Part shown: piece after piece, positions 23,705-36,959 of the stretch
Layout of the letters: each line of letters starts with the position of its first letter
Position numbering within the stretch: the stretch's first letter is position 1
From: Glaucostegus cemiculus
Taxonomy: Eukaryota
Assembly: GCA_976551045.1 (NCBI GenBank)
Contig: CDPCPM010000146.1
Coordinates: 1-64,000 of the forward strand
Direction of reading: 5' to 3'
Length of the DNA: 64,000 bases
The notes under the pieces: generated by a model
What the model saw: the letters and a program-made list of their open reading frames with translations, nothing else
The model's database searches: none
What the model was told of the DNA's origin: nothing
Translations under genes and position numbers: made by a program

Positions 23705-25744
23705 TGTTCACAGACATGTTCCATTGAGACAGGGAAGTCGTGAGAGGATGCGGGAATCGTGGTGCACGGAGGCTATCATAAAGCTAGTTAAGGAGAAAAG
23801 AAAAGTGCACAAAAGGTACAGGGAGCTAGGTAACGATAGTGATCTGGAAGATTACAGGGCTAATAGGAAGGAATTTAAGAAGGAGATTAGGAGAGCCAGA
23901 AGGGGACATGAGAAGGCCTTGGCGGGTAGGATTAAGGAAAACTCCAAGGCGATCTACAGGTATGTGAAGAGTAAGAGGATGAGATGTGAAAGGATAGGGC
24001 CTATCAAGAGTGGAAGTGGGAAAGTGTGTATGGATTCGGAAGAAATAGCAGAGGTGTTAAATGAATACTTTACTTTGGTATTCACTATGGAGAAGGAGCT
24101 AGGGGATTGTAGTGGGGGCTTGCAGCGGCCAGAAAGGATTGAGCGGGTGGAAATTAGAAAGGAGGAGGTGCTGAAACTTTTGGAGAGTATTAAGTTAGAT
24201 AAGTCGCCAGGGCCGGACGAGATGTATCCCAGGTTGCTGTGGGAGGCGATTGCGGAGCCTCTGACTATGATCTTTGTGTTGTCGATGGAGACGGGAGAGG
24301 TTCCGGTAGATTGGAGGGTTGCAGATGTTGTGTCGCTATTCAAGAAGGGGAATAGGGATAGCCCGGGGAAATATAGACCGGTGAGTCTTACCTCAGTGGT
24401 GGGTAAGCTGCTGGAGAGGATCCTGAGAGGCAGGATTTATGAACACTTGGAGAAGTATGGCATGATTAGAAATAGTCAGCATGGTTTTGTCAAGGGCAGG
24501 TCCTGTCTGACGAGTCTTATAGAATTTTTTGAAGAAGTGACTAAGAATGTTGATGAAGGGAGATCAGTAGATGTAGTGTATATGGACTTTAGCAAGGCTT
24601 TTGATAAGTTGCCCCATGCGAAGCTTATGGAGAAGGTGAGGCGACATGGGATCCAGGGGGACATTGCGGTGTGGATTCAGAATTGGCTGGCCCACAGAAG
24701 GCAAAGAGTGGTTGTGGAAGGGTCATATTCTGAGTGGAGGTCGGTGACCTCCGGTGTACCTCAGAGATCTGTGCTGGGACCCTTGCTGTTTGTCATCTTT
24801 ATAAATGACCTGGATGAGGAAGTGGAGGGGTGGGTTAGTAAGTTTGCTGACGACACGAAGGTTGGGGGAGTTGTGGATAGTTTGGAGGGCTGTCAGAGGC
24901 TACAGAGAAACATAGATAGGATGCAGAGTTGGGCTGAGAAATGGCAGATGCAGTTCAACCCAGATAAATGTGAAGTGGTTCATTTTGGTAGGTTGAATAG
25001 GTTGGCGAAATATAGAATTAATGTTAAGACTCTTGGCAGTGTGGAAGATCAAAGGGATCTTGGGGTCTGAGTCCATAGGACGCTCAAGGTGGCTGCGCAA
25101 GTTGGCTCTGTGGTTAGGAAGGCGTATGGTGTATTGTCCTTCATCGGTCGAGGGATTGAATTTAGGAGTAGGGAGGTAATGCTTCAGTTGTATAGGTCCC
25201 TGGTCAGACCCCACCTGGAGTATTGTGTTCAGTTCTGGTCGCCTCACTACAGGAAGGATGCGGAAGCTATAGAGAGGATACAGAGGAGGTTTACAAGGAT
25301 GCTGCCTGGAATGAGGAGCATTGCCTTATGAGAGCAGGCTGTGGGAACTTGGCCTTTTCTCCTTGGAGAGGAGGAGGATGAGGGGGGACCTGATTGAGGT
25401 ATATAAGATGATGAGAGGTATGGATAGGGTAGATAGTCGAAGGCTTTTCCCCAGGGCTGAAATGGTGGCCACAAGAGGACATAGGTTTAAGGTGCTGGGG
25501 GGAAGATATAGGGGAGATGTTAGGGGTAAGTTTTTTACTCAGAGTGGTGAGTGCGTGGAATGGGCTGCCGGAGATGGTGGTGGAGGCAGATACATTGGGG
25601 TCTTTCAAGAAACTGTTGGATAGGTACATGGAGGTAAATAAGATAGAAGGTTATGGGTAAGCCTAATAGTGTGGGGACATGTTCGGCACAGCTTTGTGGG
25701 CCGAAGGGCCTGAATTGTGCTGTAGGTATCTATGTTCTATGTTC
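23705..25744 (+). mobile_element. CR1 LINE, ~2 kb 5'-truncated ORF2 with a stop and frameshifts
   Basis: 456-aa ORF with KSPGPD, YRPVSLTS, DFSKAFD, FADDTK. Premature TGA at 25068-25070; (CTATGTT)n tail. Confidence 0.96.
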
Positions 25745-27299
25745 AGTGGTGCTTTATTTTGAACTGTTGGAAATGCCACATGTCCATGGTGAGCAACATG
25801 CCTTGGAGGGGATTAAGTTGTAGAGGGGAGTAAGTTGTAGATTCTGAGCATGTTGAACTATATGTAGCAAAGAATAAAGACCTCGTACCTGCTTATGAAA
25901 GACCTTGTCTGCAAACTGCCATCGAGCCATAAACATGCAGACAAGTGTTGTGCAGATATTTGAACAATAACAGAAGTGGTTGATTAAAATGGGTAAATGG
26001 GATTGATTGCCAAACAAGACCAAAACTTGTCAGGGCAACGAGGTTTCCACTGGAAAAACTGTCCCTAACGCCTACTATTTTTCTATGTTCCTAAAAATTC
26101 TAACCTAGTTAAAGCCTCATCTAAGTGCTCTTTAAAACCTTAGATCTTCGTTAATGTATGTTCTTTGTTGTCGGTTGATCCCAGCTAAAAGCTATAAATC
26201 TCTTCAGCTTAAAAGCAAAAGAGCTTTTGCCTCAGCCAGCAAGAATTCTTAAGTTGTCATTTCCCATCTTTTTATGTGTGTCGCTCAGGATATGTATTGT
26301 CAGAGCAGTGAACAAAGGCTTCACTTAAACCTAGCACAACATGAGTGAATTGCAATGATTGATAATTGTCAGTGAAAACTGAACCATATAAAAATGAATC
26401 AACTTCTGTGTTGCGGACCAGGATAGAATATGTTGTGCTAAACAATATACCTTTTATGGAAAGTTTTGAAAGACTTTTATTGTACTCTGTAAGCTTGCTT
26501 TGCACATAAATTATGCTTTTTAATAAATACTCAATATCAAGCTAAAATGCATTGTAATTTTAGAAAGCTACACTTATTATTTGGATGTTACTTAAAATAT
26601 TACAGGAGAAATAATTATTTGGAAATGGACCCTTGGTTTCTTGTGATAAGCATGCATTGTGGTAGTAGGTGTATGTGTTCTACTCCATTCCCAAAAACAT
26701 TCCATTGACTTGCATGGAATTATATTTAAGAAGCTAAGTGCAACATGTGGCTGTGGTTATTTGTATGTTTAATACATGTGACCAAGTATGAATTCCTACT
26801 CCAATGTGTCAGTGCTGTAGTAGCACGTCAATACTTGACACTCCACTCCCGAGCCAGCACATAATCTGGGTTGACACTACACGACTAGAGTGCCTCACTG
26901 TAAGAAATGCCATCTATAGGATGAAGCATCAAACTAGGGATGCACCTCCCAGCTCAGATGATGTTCAAACATCTTCTGCACCACTTAAAGAAGAGCAGTG
27001 AAGTTCTCTGAATTTCTTGTCCAAAACCTATCATGCAACCTATGTTACCAAAATAGATAAATTTGGTCATTTATTCAATTTTGGCTTCCAGGACCTAGCG
27101 GTGTGTAAGTTGGAGCCATGGACTTTTCTTTATAACAATGATTGCACATTGATTTGCAGAGCATCGTTAGTAGTCCACCTCAGGGAGCCAGGTTGAGAAG
27201 CATGAACAGTGAGATCTAGCCAAATGTGATACAGGTCCAATTTATATTTCTAAGGGACAAGACTTCAGCTTACTAGAAAGGAAGCCATGAACACCTAAA

Positions 27300-27900
27300 G
27301 GAATAAGGAACACTGCAAAACTAAAATAAACAAAAAAAAATTAATGCATATCTTAACATCTGTGGGAGATCTAAGGAAAAATAAAACAATAGATGGAAGC
27401 TTAAAAATTGAGTATGAAAAGAAACTTGAGAACATCAAAATTAGTGAAATAATTACAATTTTACCAGGAAATGCAGGGTGCTGAGGAGCCATTCATGTGG
27501 TATTGTCAATGGAAAAAGAATTGATGAGCACATTGAATGATTACACTGAATCAGCATTTACATCAGAAGAGGATAGTTCTGTTCAGCCTGAGGAAAGTAT
27601 TGAATGGGGACAGGGTGCACCTAAATTAATGTAAGCAATATACAACTGATGAAGAAAATAATGAAACTAAAGAGTGACAAACCTCAAGCCCAGATGGTCT
27701 CTATCCTACAATTTTAAATGAAAACATTTTCCAAGGTCTCTTGATTTAAGAAACATTTCTTTAGAATACAAATTGTTTATGCCAGTCAGCTACTTAAGAA
27801 AAATGATGAAATATCTGGGAATATAGACCAGTTAGCTGATATCTGTCATCAAGGAAATTACAGGAATCCAAAGTAAAGGTTACAGGCCTAAAAAATCTAT
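27300..27900 (+). mobile_element. Highly decayed CR1 ORF2 fragment
   Basis: KPQAQMV (decayed KSPGPDG)..GNYRPVS-like coding remnants. Confidence 0.55.
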
Positions 27901-28399
27901 CATGTAGCATAATGGTCATGTATCTCCAATGTGAAATTACTATGGGGAAAAATGTGTCAAAGAAAATCTAGGACCTACGAGGGTGAATGGCACATTTTGT
28001 ATGGAGATGCCAAGGCATGTGCATTGGGGTCCAATGGCATACAGTACAGCTCTGGATCCATTTTTGTGGATTTCATCTGTCAGTGTATGGCCTGCAGAAG
28101 GTGTAGACTACTCATGTAGTCCTTTGTAGCAGCTATGAGTGGCCTGATTAAGCAGGACCCAGTCAGTTCAAGGACTCCAATGCTGAGAACTTGCTTCATG
28201 TGGGGTCTACTTTAGATTACTCTGCCTTGGTCGTGATCCTCATCTTCCTGAAAGCTGGCCCTTGCTATCCCAACTTGGCTGTGGGCCCAGGAGAGATAAA
28301 GAGCATTTTCTTTAGGAAGTCAGAGGGTATATGGAGATGAGTAAAATATGATGGATAGGTACCGAAAATATCCAGAATCATTAATGGAAAGCAAACCCT

Positions 28400-30095
28400 T
28401 TACCTAGCGGGCTGGAGTATCAGCAACAGCACTAATCCCTCAATTCAAGAATGATATCTGCCATAGATTTGCTTATGGAAACTCAGGAGATTGTGGAACC
28501 AAAACCCAGCTAAGGAAGATACAGATTTTCCCTCACTGGCCTGCTGCCTGCTTGTGGTGGTTCCTTTCAGCTTTCAGTCCATATAATTCTCCTCATAACG
28601 TGCCATTTTTGAATGGAGGCCAACTGATCACTTGTCCTTCTCAGCTTGTGATATCCACACCTGTTTTCTTGAAGTACACTTCCAGCATTTCTTCTGACTA
28701 TAAATGAATCGCTGACCGTGAGTGAGCTGGTAGTGGAGGTCTCATCCAGGAGTCTGGAATCTGACATCTGCATTGGTAGTCAGTTTATTACTGTCACCTG
28801 TACCAAGGTACAGTGAAAATCTTTGTTTTGCATGCCATCTGTACAGATCATTTCACACATCAGTGCATTGTGGTAGTATGAGGGAAAAGCAATAACAGAA
28901 TGCAGAATAAAGTGTTACAGTTGCAGAGAAAGTGCAGTGCAGGCAGACAATAAGGTGCAAGGCCATAATGAGGTAGATTGTGAGGTCAAGAGTCCATCTT
29001 AACGTACAAGAGGTCTGTTCATTAGTCTTATAACAGTGGGATAGAAGCTGTCCTGGAGCCTGGTGTTACGTGCTTTCAGGCTTATGTATCTTTTGCCCGT
29101 TGGGAGGGGGAAGAAGAGTGAATGTCCACACAATGTCTGTTTCAGTGAGATCGTTGCATCAGAATTGTTGTTTCACTGCTGCGGACATTGGCTTTAGTGA
29201 GGATGCTGGGAATTGCGAGGTGATCTTCCCATTTGCCAAGAAGGATCTCCCAAAGGCATTATTGGTGGTGGCGGATCTCCAGGCTCTTGAGGTGTTGTCA
29301 TCCAGGTTTTGCATCCATTGAGGATTGTAGAAATGTCGAAAGCATTACAGGCTTGGAGCTTGTGCCCTTCCATAATTAATGAAAACGTATCAGAGCAGAT
29401 TACAATGGAAGCATATGCAATGGATCCTGTGCTGAATCTCAATTAATGTTAACATTTTGAAGGGGGCTATTGAGTTGGCAGATGTGCTTAACTGACTCCA
29501 AGATCTATCCTTCAGTGGTGTTTTGTAATGGGTCATGAACAGGTCTCTGAGAGAGGCCGTCAGAACACTTTACTCTCAATGTTAAGTGAGAATTCTAGAT
29601 TACTATAAGTTTATGCCAACGGATCCAGTGTGAAGATCATTCCCAGTGGGTGTGTGAGGATGGCACAGTCATTGGCATAATGAAGATCAGTACTGGATGT
29701 ATTGAAGACTTTAGTCATTTTGCAGTAGACAACTGTTAAAGAACCATCTGCCTATTCTGAACTGGATGTCTGTTGTGGTTGCAAGGCAGTCTTTAATGAG
29801 GCTTTAATGACTGCCAGGAAGCTGAAGAATATGGTTAAGGCAACAATACAACCTTGATTAACCCTAGTCTAAGTGAAGATTGGATCTGTCTCTAGGCCAT
29901 CACAGAAAATAGCAGCAGAGATCTGATTGTGAAGAAGGAAAAGGACCCTAATCAATTTGAAGAGCAGCAAAAAGCTTGCCAGAGCCTTCCACAGAGCTTC
30001 ATGACAGAGCCAGTGTTTGCCAAATCAATGAAGGCTATCATATTCCCCTCAGGTTCATGGATTTATCAGGCAAAGAGAATCACATCAGTTGTTCA
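28400..30095 (-). mobile_element. Decayed RTE-clade LINE, interrupted by Rex1
   Basis: Reverse strand gives IAFIDLA.., ILESVKH.., ILNGCKTW, WHVMRRII: remnants of RTE AFIDL.KAFD / LLYGCETW / W.GHV.RM motifs. Confidence 0.6.
28773..29125 (-). mobile_element. Rex1/Babar 3' end (subfamily A-like)
   Basis: Homologous to 549-910 (GCAGAGAAAGTGCAGTGC..GAGGTAGATTGTGAGGTC..AGAAGCTGTCC). Confidence 0.88.
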
Positions 30096-30104
30096 GTGGG
30101 AAGG

Positions 30105-30395
30105 CAGGCACGGTGGTGTAGCAGGTAGCGTAACGCTTTACAGCATCAGCAACCCGGGTTCAAGTCTGGCCACTGTCTATAAGGAGTTTGTACGTTCTCC
30201 CTGTGTCTGCGTGGGTTTCTTCCGGGTGCTCCGGTTTCCTCCCACATTCCAAAGACGTACAGGTTAGAAGTTGTGGGCATGCTATGTTGGCGCCAGAAAC
30301 ATGGCAACACTTGCAGGCTGCCCTCAGAACACTATGCAAAAAGATGTATTTCACTGTGTTTCAATGTACATGTGACTAATAAAGATATCTCATCT
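30105..30395 (+). mobile_element. V-SINE family B (Rex1-like tail)
   Basis: Full head, V-domain, GGGCATGCTATGTTGGCGCC body, TTTCACTGTGTTTCAATGTACATGTGACTAATAAAG tail. Confidence 0.88.
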
Positions 30396-33300
30396 AAAAG
30401 GGTCTGAAATTGTCACAGGATTTCCTTGTAAAGGGAAAGTATTTTTTTCTGAAGTATTTCCTGCAATACTTCCAGTATATCTACTCATTTAGGATCAAAG
30501 GTGATGTATAATCTCACTGAATGGCAGAACAGATACAAGGGCTTACATAGCCTCTTCCTATTCTTTTCCTATCTTACGCCATACATAACCAATTGTCTGC
30601 ATCCACTTAGCTCAGGTTTTACATGTGTTCATTCAGCAGTACATTATCTACATTAACACATTCTAAAATCCTCGTGGTTTCAACTCATAATCAATACTTA
30701 ACAAGGAACTGCACTGTATTATGTATTCCATTTAGAATATCACTTTAAAATCCATGCTTCCATGATCAGCTGCATTCCACAATCCAGGTGCTACACTAAA
30801 CTTCAGTTTGAATAGATGCTCACCATTTAATTATATTATTCAGTCGACCCAGTCCCACCCTTTAGCTTCTCACACCTGATACTCAATTCATTCCACATCC
30901 GTTCAACAGTTTAGTGGAGACTGTGTGGTCCACTCCAGATTCCAAACTCCACTTTATTGCACACTCCTTACTTGTTTTCATTTTACTTCATTCCACAATG
31001 TGCGTTGAATCTGAGACTTCTCATTCTTTCATCATCTATTGAAGCCTATACAATATGCTCTCATTTTGTCAAGTAGTTGCCAGGATTATTTCACTTGTGA
31101 GAAACTCCTGCCCTCTATGATAACCACAGGACTTTTGTCAAAGGCTTGGATCTTGACAGGTGAACCGGTGAACGATCTGACATTTATGCCCATTATGAAT
31201 TAGTTGTAAGTCCTACACACAGTAGTTAGAAGTATTTGGGAAAAGGTTGACCTTGGCAAACTCATCTATTGTGGACTATGGCTGACAGCTGAAATCTGTG
31301 CAAAGAATAATGCTATTGTTCAAGGTTACCACCGTGCAAATTGTGCTGTCATCAGCTGGATTTGTTTTGTAAAGGAAATTCCGACAGTCCTACTCAAAGT
31401 TTAAATGCTGAAAGATAATGTGTAAAACACAGGCACTGAAGTGTACCCAGTGATAATGAAAAGGTAAAGGAGGCTGTGTTTATATCGTATTCTGCCACTA
31501 AGATTTTTGTGAATCATTACACGAATAAAAGGATTGATGGAGGTTGGAGTCCATTTTCTGAGTGACATGATGAGTGATTTCAGTAATGGGGGAAGCTCAG
31601 ACATCTATAATTATGGTGCTTACTTATTTTGCCCTTAAAGTTAGTTCTGTTTTTACAGGCAGATGCACTGGGCACAAAGAGCTACATGTAGAGAAGAAAG
31701 CCACAAAGTATTTGAAAAGTTGGAATAGTAAGTAATTTGGAAAAAAAAATGCAATATTAACTTCTCTTTGAACAGAAACACACACCCTATGCAATCTGTT
31801 TATATAAAGATAATGGACATAAAACACACACGTACATTTTCTTATCAAGAAAGCCTTTTCAATGGCAGGAAGTGTCTGTTCAGACCGCACTGAATAAGCA
31901 TTCTATTCAGAATCCAGCGGATAATATTCCATAGATGTGCACTCACTGATGTTGAAGCAGATAACATTCCCTTTAATCATTTTGGTGCTGCTGTTAATAT
32001 ATAATAAACTGCACAAAGAATCAAGTTCTCTTCTAGTCAAACCTCCAAGTTTCTGAAATATGCTATTACCTTTAATTAACTTGGCTAATGAAATTTAAGC
32101 TCTCAGAACTATAATCTAGAAAGATATTTTAGACTTCTGAAAGACCCTTTGAGAATATGAGATGGTTGGCATTTTCGGACAACTTCATGATCACTATACT
32201 TTATTTCAAAAATTATTGTTTAATTTACATTTTTCAAACTAGGATTTGAATTCCCATTCTATGGATTATTCATTCTGATTTTTAGGTTACTGGTGCAAGC
32301 ATTTGGATTAGTAGTCAAATGATTATCATATCCTAGTATAATAATTATGATTACCAGAAATTTTGCAATTAACATATTAAATAGGCTTTGAAGGTTTATT
32401 TTTAACTGATTAAAAATATATTTTAAAAATACCTCAAAAGACATATCTGTCATTTTACTTTACTGATCAAATTCCTTGCCAGTGCTAAAAGTCAACCATG
32501 CAGAATTTCACCTTCATTTATTTTTCTTTACGAACGCTGCATGCAGCTTTTAAAGTGCTCATTAAGAGACTGATTTCCCATTTCAAGACTGATCAGCAGC
32601 TCCTATAAACTGGTCCCATTCATCAGTAGGCTGCAATCATCAGTGGTGTGACAATGGTAAAAATGTCCAGAACAGTAAAAATGCTGGTGGAAATGGGCCA
32701 AGAAACAAATTGAGTTTGTGATTGTTTGAGAGAAAATAAAGATTAATAATTAAGGTAAAGCCTAATTGTTATTCTTTACCAATTTCATTTGGGCTATGCT
32801 TTATAAAGACTGAAAAGTTGATGCACATCTTAAGTAACATTTTTCTAATAACTACAAATACCCTATTTTATCAAACACAAACATCAGCAAAACACATCAA
32901 CTAATCTAAAGGCCAAAAAGTTCAGACCTTACTGATAAAGTTAGAACGCGGAATATTCCTGAACACTGACATGATAAAGATGATACTGAGTCTGTGTGAT
33001 TGTCATAAACTGCAACTGAAGCTACAATATTAGAATGATTATTCTAGTATCCCGTTCCTTCACCCTTCCCTTCACCATCCTACTACCACTACCCTATTTC
33101 TGATTTTGTCAATCAATTTGTCTAATGATGCTCATTCCTTACTACTTACTGATCCCTTGTTCCCTTCAAAGTAATTTCCCTGAAAGGATATTTTGCAATT
33201 CCTTGTGTTCTTCATTTTGCAATGTTTGACTTACCTGACTCAAAACATTCTTGGTGTCCATCTCTCTTCTCATTCCATTTTCTTTTTAATCTTTTTTAAT

Positions 33301-33459
33301 GGCCTTAAAGTTCTGTTTTAGATCAGATTAGGTTTGGCCTTATCTATCATCCTGTCAAATCCAATATACACTGATTATTTTGGCCTCTGAGATGCATCAT
33401 CTCCAATTTTGCAAATATTTCTAACCTGAAGGACCTTCCTTAACGTCATCCACATTACA

Positions 33460-33868
33460 TGTCATGATTCTGAGTGCTGGCCCTTGATTTGTTTCCTCAG
33501 ATGCCTCATTGTACAGCACATGGATTCCATGCTGGACTGACTGCACAATGACACACACCTGAGCCCCATCAGGGACCTAGCATAAGTACCTGGGTTTCTC
33601 TAGCACTAGTTGCCAGAGGATTGGTTAACTTTGAAGATTCAGTTTGGTTCCTAGCTGCTTAGAGTGGTCTACTCCAGAGCAGTCCTGTGTTCTCTAGTCC
33701 TACTTGAAGATTCAGTTTGTGTTGGGATTACTACTCAGATCTCCGAGGCAAGATTTCCTTCCAGTGTTGCCTGTGTCCGGTCCTGAGGAACTTTTCTGAC
33801 TCCACTCTTGTGCCAGTGTGCTGCATTTGGGTTCACTGTGATCTTACTCTTCAATCAACATTGTGGCA
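33460..33868. mobile_element. Solo LTR (Gypsy/BEL-like), copy 2
   Basis: TGTCATGA...TGTGGCA termini; perfect 5-bp TSD TTACA (33455-33459, 33869-33873). Confidence 0.85.
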
Positions 33869-34268
33869 TTACATTTTGGTGCTTGGAGGTCGATTCCAGT
33901 GATGAGATGTATTTGCCAAATAACAGCCATTTTCCAGTTTCGGGAGAAAACACGTTACGGGAAAGGTCCACTTTCCCTGTTTCCTCAGGACTCCAAGCAC
34001 ATTTTAAGTTAACCATCATGTGACACCCTTGCAATCAAAGTCATTCCTCTTCAAGAATTTATCCACTTGGGATAGGCGAGAGGTGCAATCCAGTTTTTTG
34101 GAACATTAGCAACTTTAACGTGCACACTTAAATCAACAGGAGAACGTGGGGAGTAGTTAGAAGAAGTCTTAGAATGAAAATCTGATAGTATTTGCAATTG
34201 AAAATCTGGGAATGTAATAAAGTTGAAACAAAAGATATGCAGAAACACTGGCATTGGGGCATTATTTA

Positions 34269-35084
34269 GAACATAGAACATAGAACAATAGAGCACAGAA
34301 CAGGCCCTTCGGCCCATCAAGCTGTGCCATCCTACAAACATCTCCCAAACTAACTCTTTCCACCCTCATATCCTACTATTCCACATTCTTCCATGTGCTT
34401 ATCTAACAATCTCTTAAACCTGTCCAACGTATCTGCCTCCACTACCACCCCAGGCAGTGCATTCCATGCACCAACCACTCTCTGGGTGAAAAACTTCCCT
34501 CTGACATCTCCCCTATACTTTCCACCTATTATCTTAAAGGCATGCCCTCTCGTCTTGAGCATCTGCGCTCTGGGAAAGAGGCGCTGACTATTAACTCTAT
34601 CTATTCCTCTCAATATTTTAAACACCTCTATCAAGTCCCCTCTCATCCTCCTCCTCTCTAATGAATAGAGCCCTAGCACCTTAAGCCTCTCTTTATATTC
34701 CATACCCTCCAATCCAGGCATCATCCTGGTAAATCGCCTCTGCACCCTCTCCAACGCCTCCACATCCTTCCTATAATGCGGCGACCAGAACTGAACATAA
34801 TATTCCAAGTGCAGCCTAACTAGGGTTTTGTAAAGCAGCATCATCACCTCTCTGCTCTTGAACTCAATCCCTTTATTTATAAAAGCCAACATCCCATAAG
34901 CCTTCTTAACAGCCCTATCCACCTGCGAGGCAACTTTGAGTGAACTGTGGATATGAACCTCCAGATCCCTCTGCTCCTCTACACTGCCAAGTACCTTGCC
35001 ATTTACCTTATACTCTGTCCTGGAGTTTGTCCTCCCAAAGTGCACCACCTCACACTTCTCCGGATTAAACTCCATCTGCCACCT
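34269..35084 (-). mobile_element. Very young CR1 3' fragment
   Basis: 241-aa ORF differs by 2 residues from the C-terminus of the 47072 ORF; (CTATGTT)n tail; TTA duplicated at the junctions. Confidence 0.96.
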
Positions 35085-35994
35085 GTTATAAACTCCATAA
35101 TTGTCAAACTATTATTCCTTTGTGTAAAGACCATGTTTCAAGTCTGCTCAGACTATGTCCAGGAATTCTCATGCCACCTCATGGGTGTCCTAAATGGATT
35201 TTGATTGTTATTTGGGAGAATGGTTGGAGCTTGTCCTCCTAAATTATATTTGGTTGACCTCTTTGTATATTAAAAACCTCTGCACTCATCGCACAATTAT
35301 ATGCAGATTCTCAAAACTTTGTCATTAATACGTGTGCTCGTGATTACCATACCTCTGTAGTGCTAATTTTCACCAGTATTACCTCTGCCTTCACCCTTTC
35401 TATTGTTAAATGACTAGTTATATCGAGGAGAATACCACCCATCCATCCATTACAATATTTGAATCATTCTCTTTCGCCTCCTTTACCTCATGCCAATTTC
35501 GTGTTGCAAATCATCTTTGTATGATGCCAAATTCCATGCTTTATTGGATGTGTAATTATAATAATTTATTCCCACTGCTCGATGCATGTCCAAAAACCCT
35601 CAACAGCAATCTGTATTTGCACTGCCTTTATAAACAATCTCCTTATCCTATTAGAACAATTTTTCAGTTTGTCTGCTTTTCTTGAACTTGGCACTTTGTT
35701 TCTTCTTTTTTTGTCAGACGCAATCTTTGCTCTTCTGTTTGTCCAAGTATTAGTGTATCTGAACAATTTTGCTGAATATGTTTCCAATTATTTGCTTGCC
35801 AGTCTGTCACTACTCTCTGCATACATTTCTTCTAAATTCCCCAGTAAACTACAAAATGATTATTGACCGTTCTACATTATATTTGCAACTACTTAGTAAA
35901 TTCATCCTTCTCATTATTCTCTTTGCTCAACCGATCTCCCACTAGCTGTTCACTCCTTAAGATACTTTTAATTCCTCCAACCTACCTTAATGAT

Positions 35995-36191
35995 CAACGA
36001 ACAATCTGCTGGAGGAACTCAGCAGGTTCCGGCATCTGCAGTCTCTTGTGTCTCCATTTGAGTTCCTCCAGCAGATTGCTTGTTGCTCCAGATTCCAGCA
36101 TCTGCAGTCTCTTGTGTCTCCACTTGAGTTCCTCCAGCAGATTGCTTGTTGCTCCAGATTCCAGCATCTGCAGTCTCTTGTGTCTCCTCTT
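35995..36191. mobile_element. Penelope pLTR-derived insertion: short inverted piece plus ~2.4 tandem 66-bp units
   Basis: Unit TTCCAGCATCTGCAGTCTCTTGTGTCTCCA(T/C)TTGAGTTCCTCCAGCAGATTGCTTGTTGCTCCAGA. Perfect 10-bp TSD CCTTAATGAT at 35985-35994 and 36192-36201. Confidence 0.82.
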
Positions 36192-36959
36192 CCTTAATGA
36201 TTGCTTGTTCATAATGACATATTTCATTGCCCTTTCTTCATTATTGACATACTGGCCCTTCTTATTTTCTTTGTACTAGTTACTGTAATCATCACAAACC
36301 CTGTTGGGAGCATGGTTTGAAAGCAACAGTTGAATTTACTGGAGAGAGATCTAGGGATTATATAATCTATGAAACAGTGCTTTATCTGAATGGCTGTTAA
36401 GCATGACTAGCAATTCCCTAGGAGGAAGACCAGTGGACTGCTTTTAGAATGTCACTTCAACCTCTCTGGCTTAGGTGACACTTACAAGAGGTATGCTTCT
36501 GCCAGGATAGCCAACTCTAGAATTGTGCATGCCCTCCCACTATGTCAGGGTACTCTCCGTAGGGAAGGAAAAATTACAGACGGAAGTAATAATGAGGAGG
36601 TTTCAGCAAGTTAGGATTGAGGAATTAAGTAAGAGTAGTAATTCCCCAAGGAAGTATGATTGAGGTGATGACAGAGTTGATTGCAAAGTCAGTGGAGGAA
36701 ATACATAATGAATCAGGTAGGCTAAGTGCTGGTTAATGTTAATACCTTAAGCAAAATCATGAAAGACAGGTTATCTGTTCAAAATCACATTTTTGTTTGC
36801 GGACTCTTGGCAAAACATTGGCTGGCATATTTCCTGCATTACAACAGTTGCATGACTGACATCCAGCACCTCAAGAACTGGAAAGAAACACCATAGTGCC
36901 TATGCCGAATCCTCCAATTTTATCGCAGGGAAGAAAAGTGAACCAATGTCAGTGTATTC

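Noticed and set aside
26658-26680. let-7-like sequence TGTGGTAGTAGGTGTATGTGTT
   Set aside because: Seed mismatch and no complementary star arm, so it is not a pre-miRNA.
20586-33868. A single 13-kb provirus bounded by two LTRs
   Set aside because: Each LTR has its own TSD, and I see no PBS/gag/pol between them.
35863-36279. ORFs with a 22-aa tandem repeat; superficially CRISPR-like repeats
   Set aside because: Product of 66-bp tandem pLTR units with no spacers, in a eukaryotic context with no cas genes.
35140-36280. Possible transposase between the 210-bp inverted repeats
   Set aside because: Translation shows only stop-ridden sequence resembling old LINE remnants, with no DDE motif visible.
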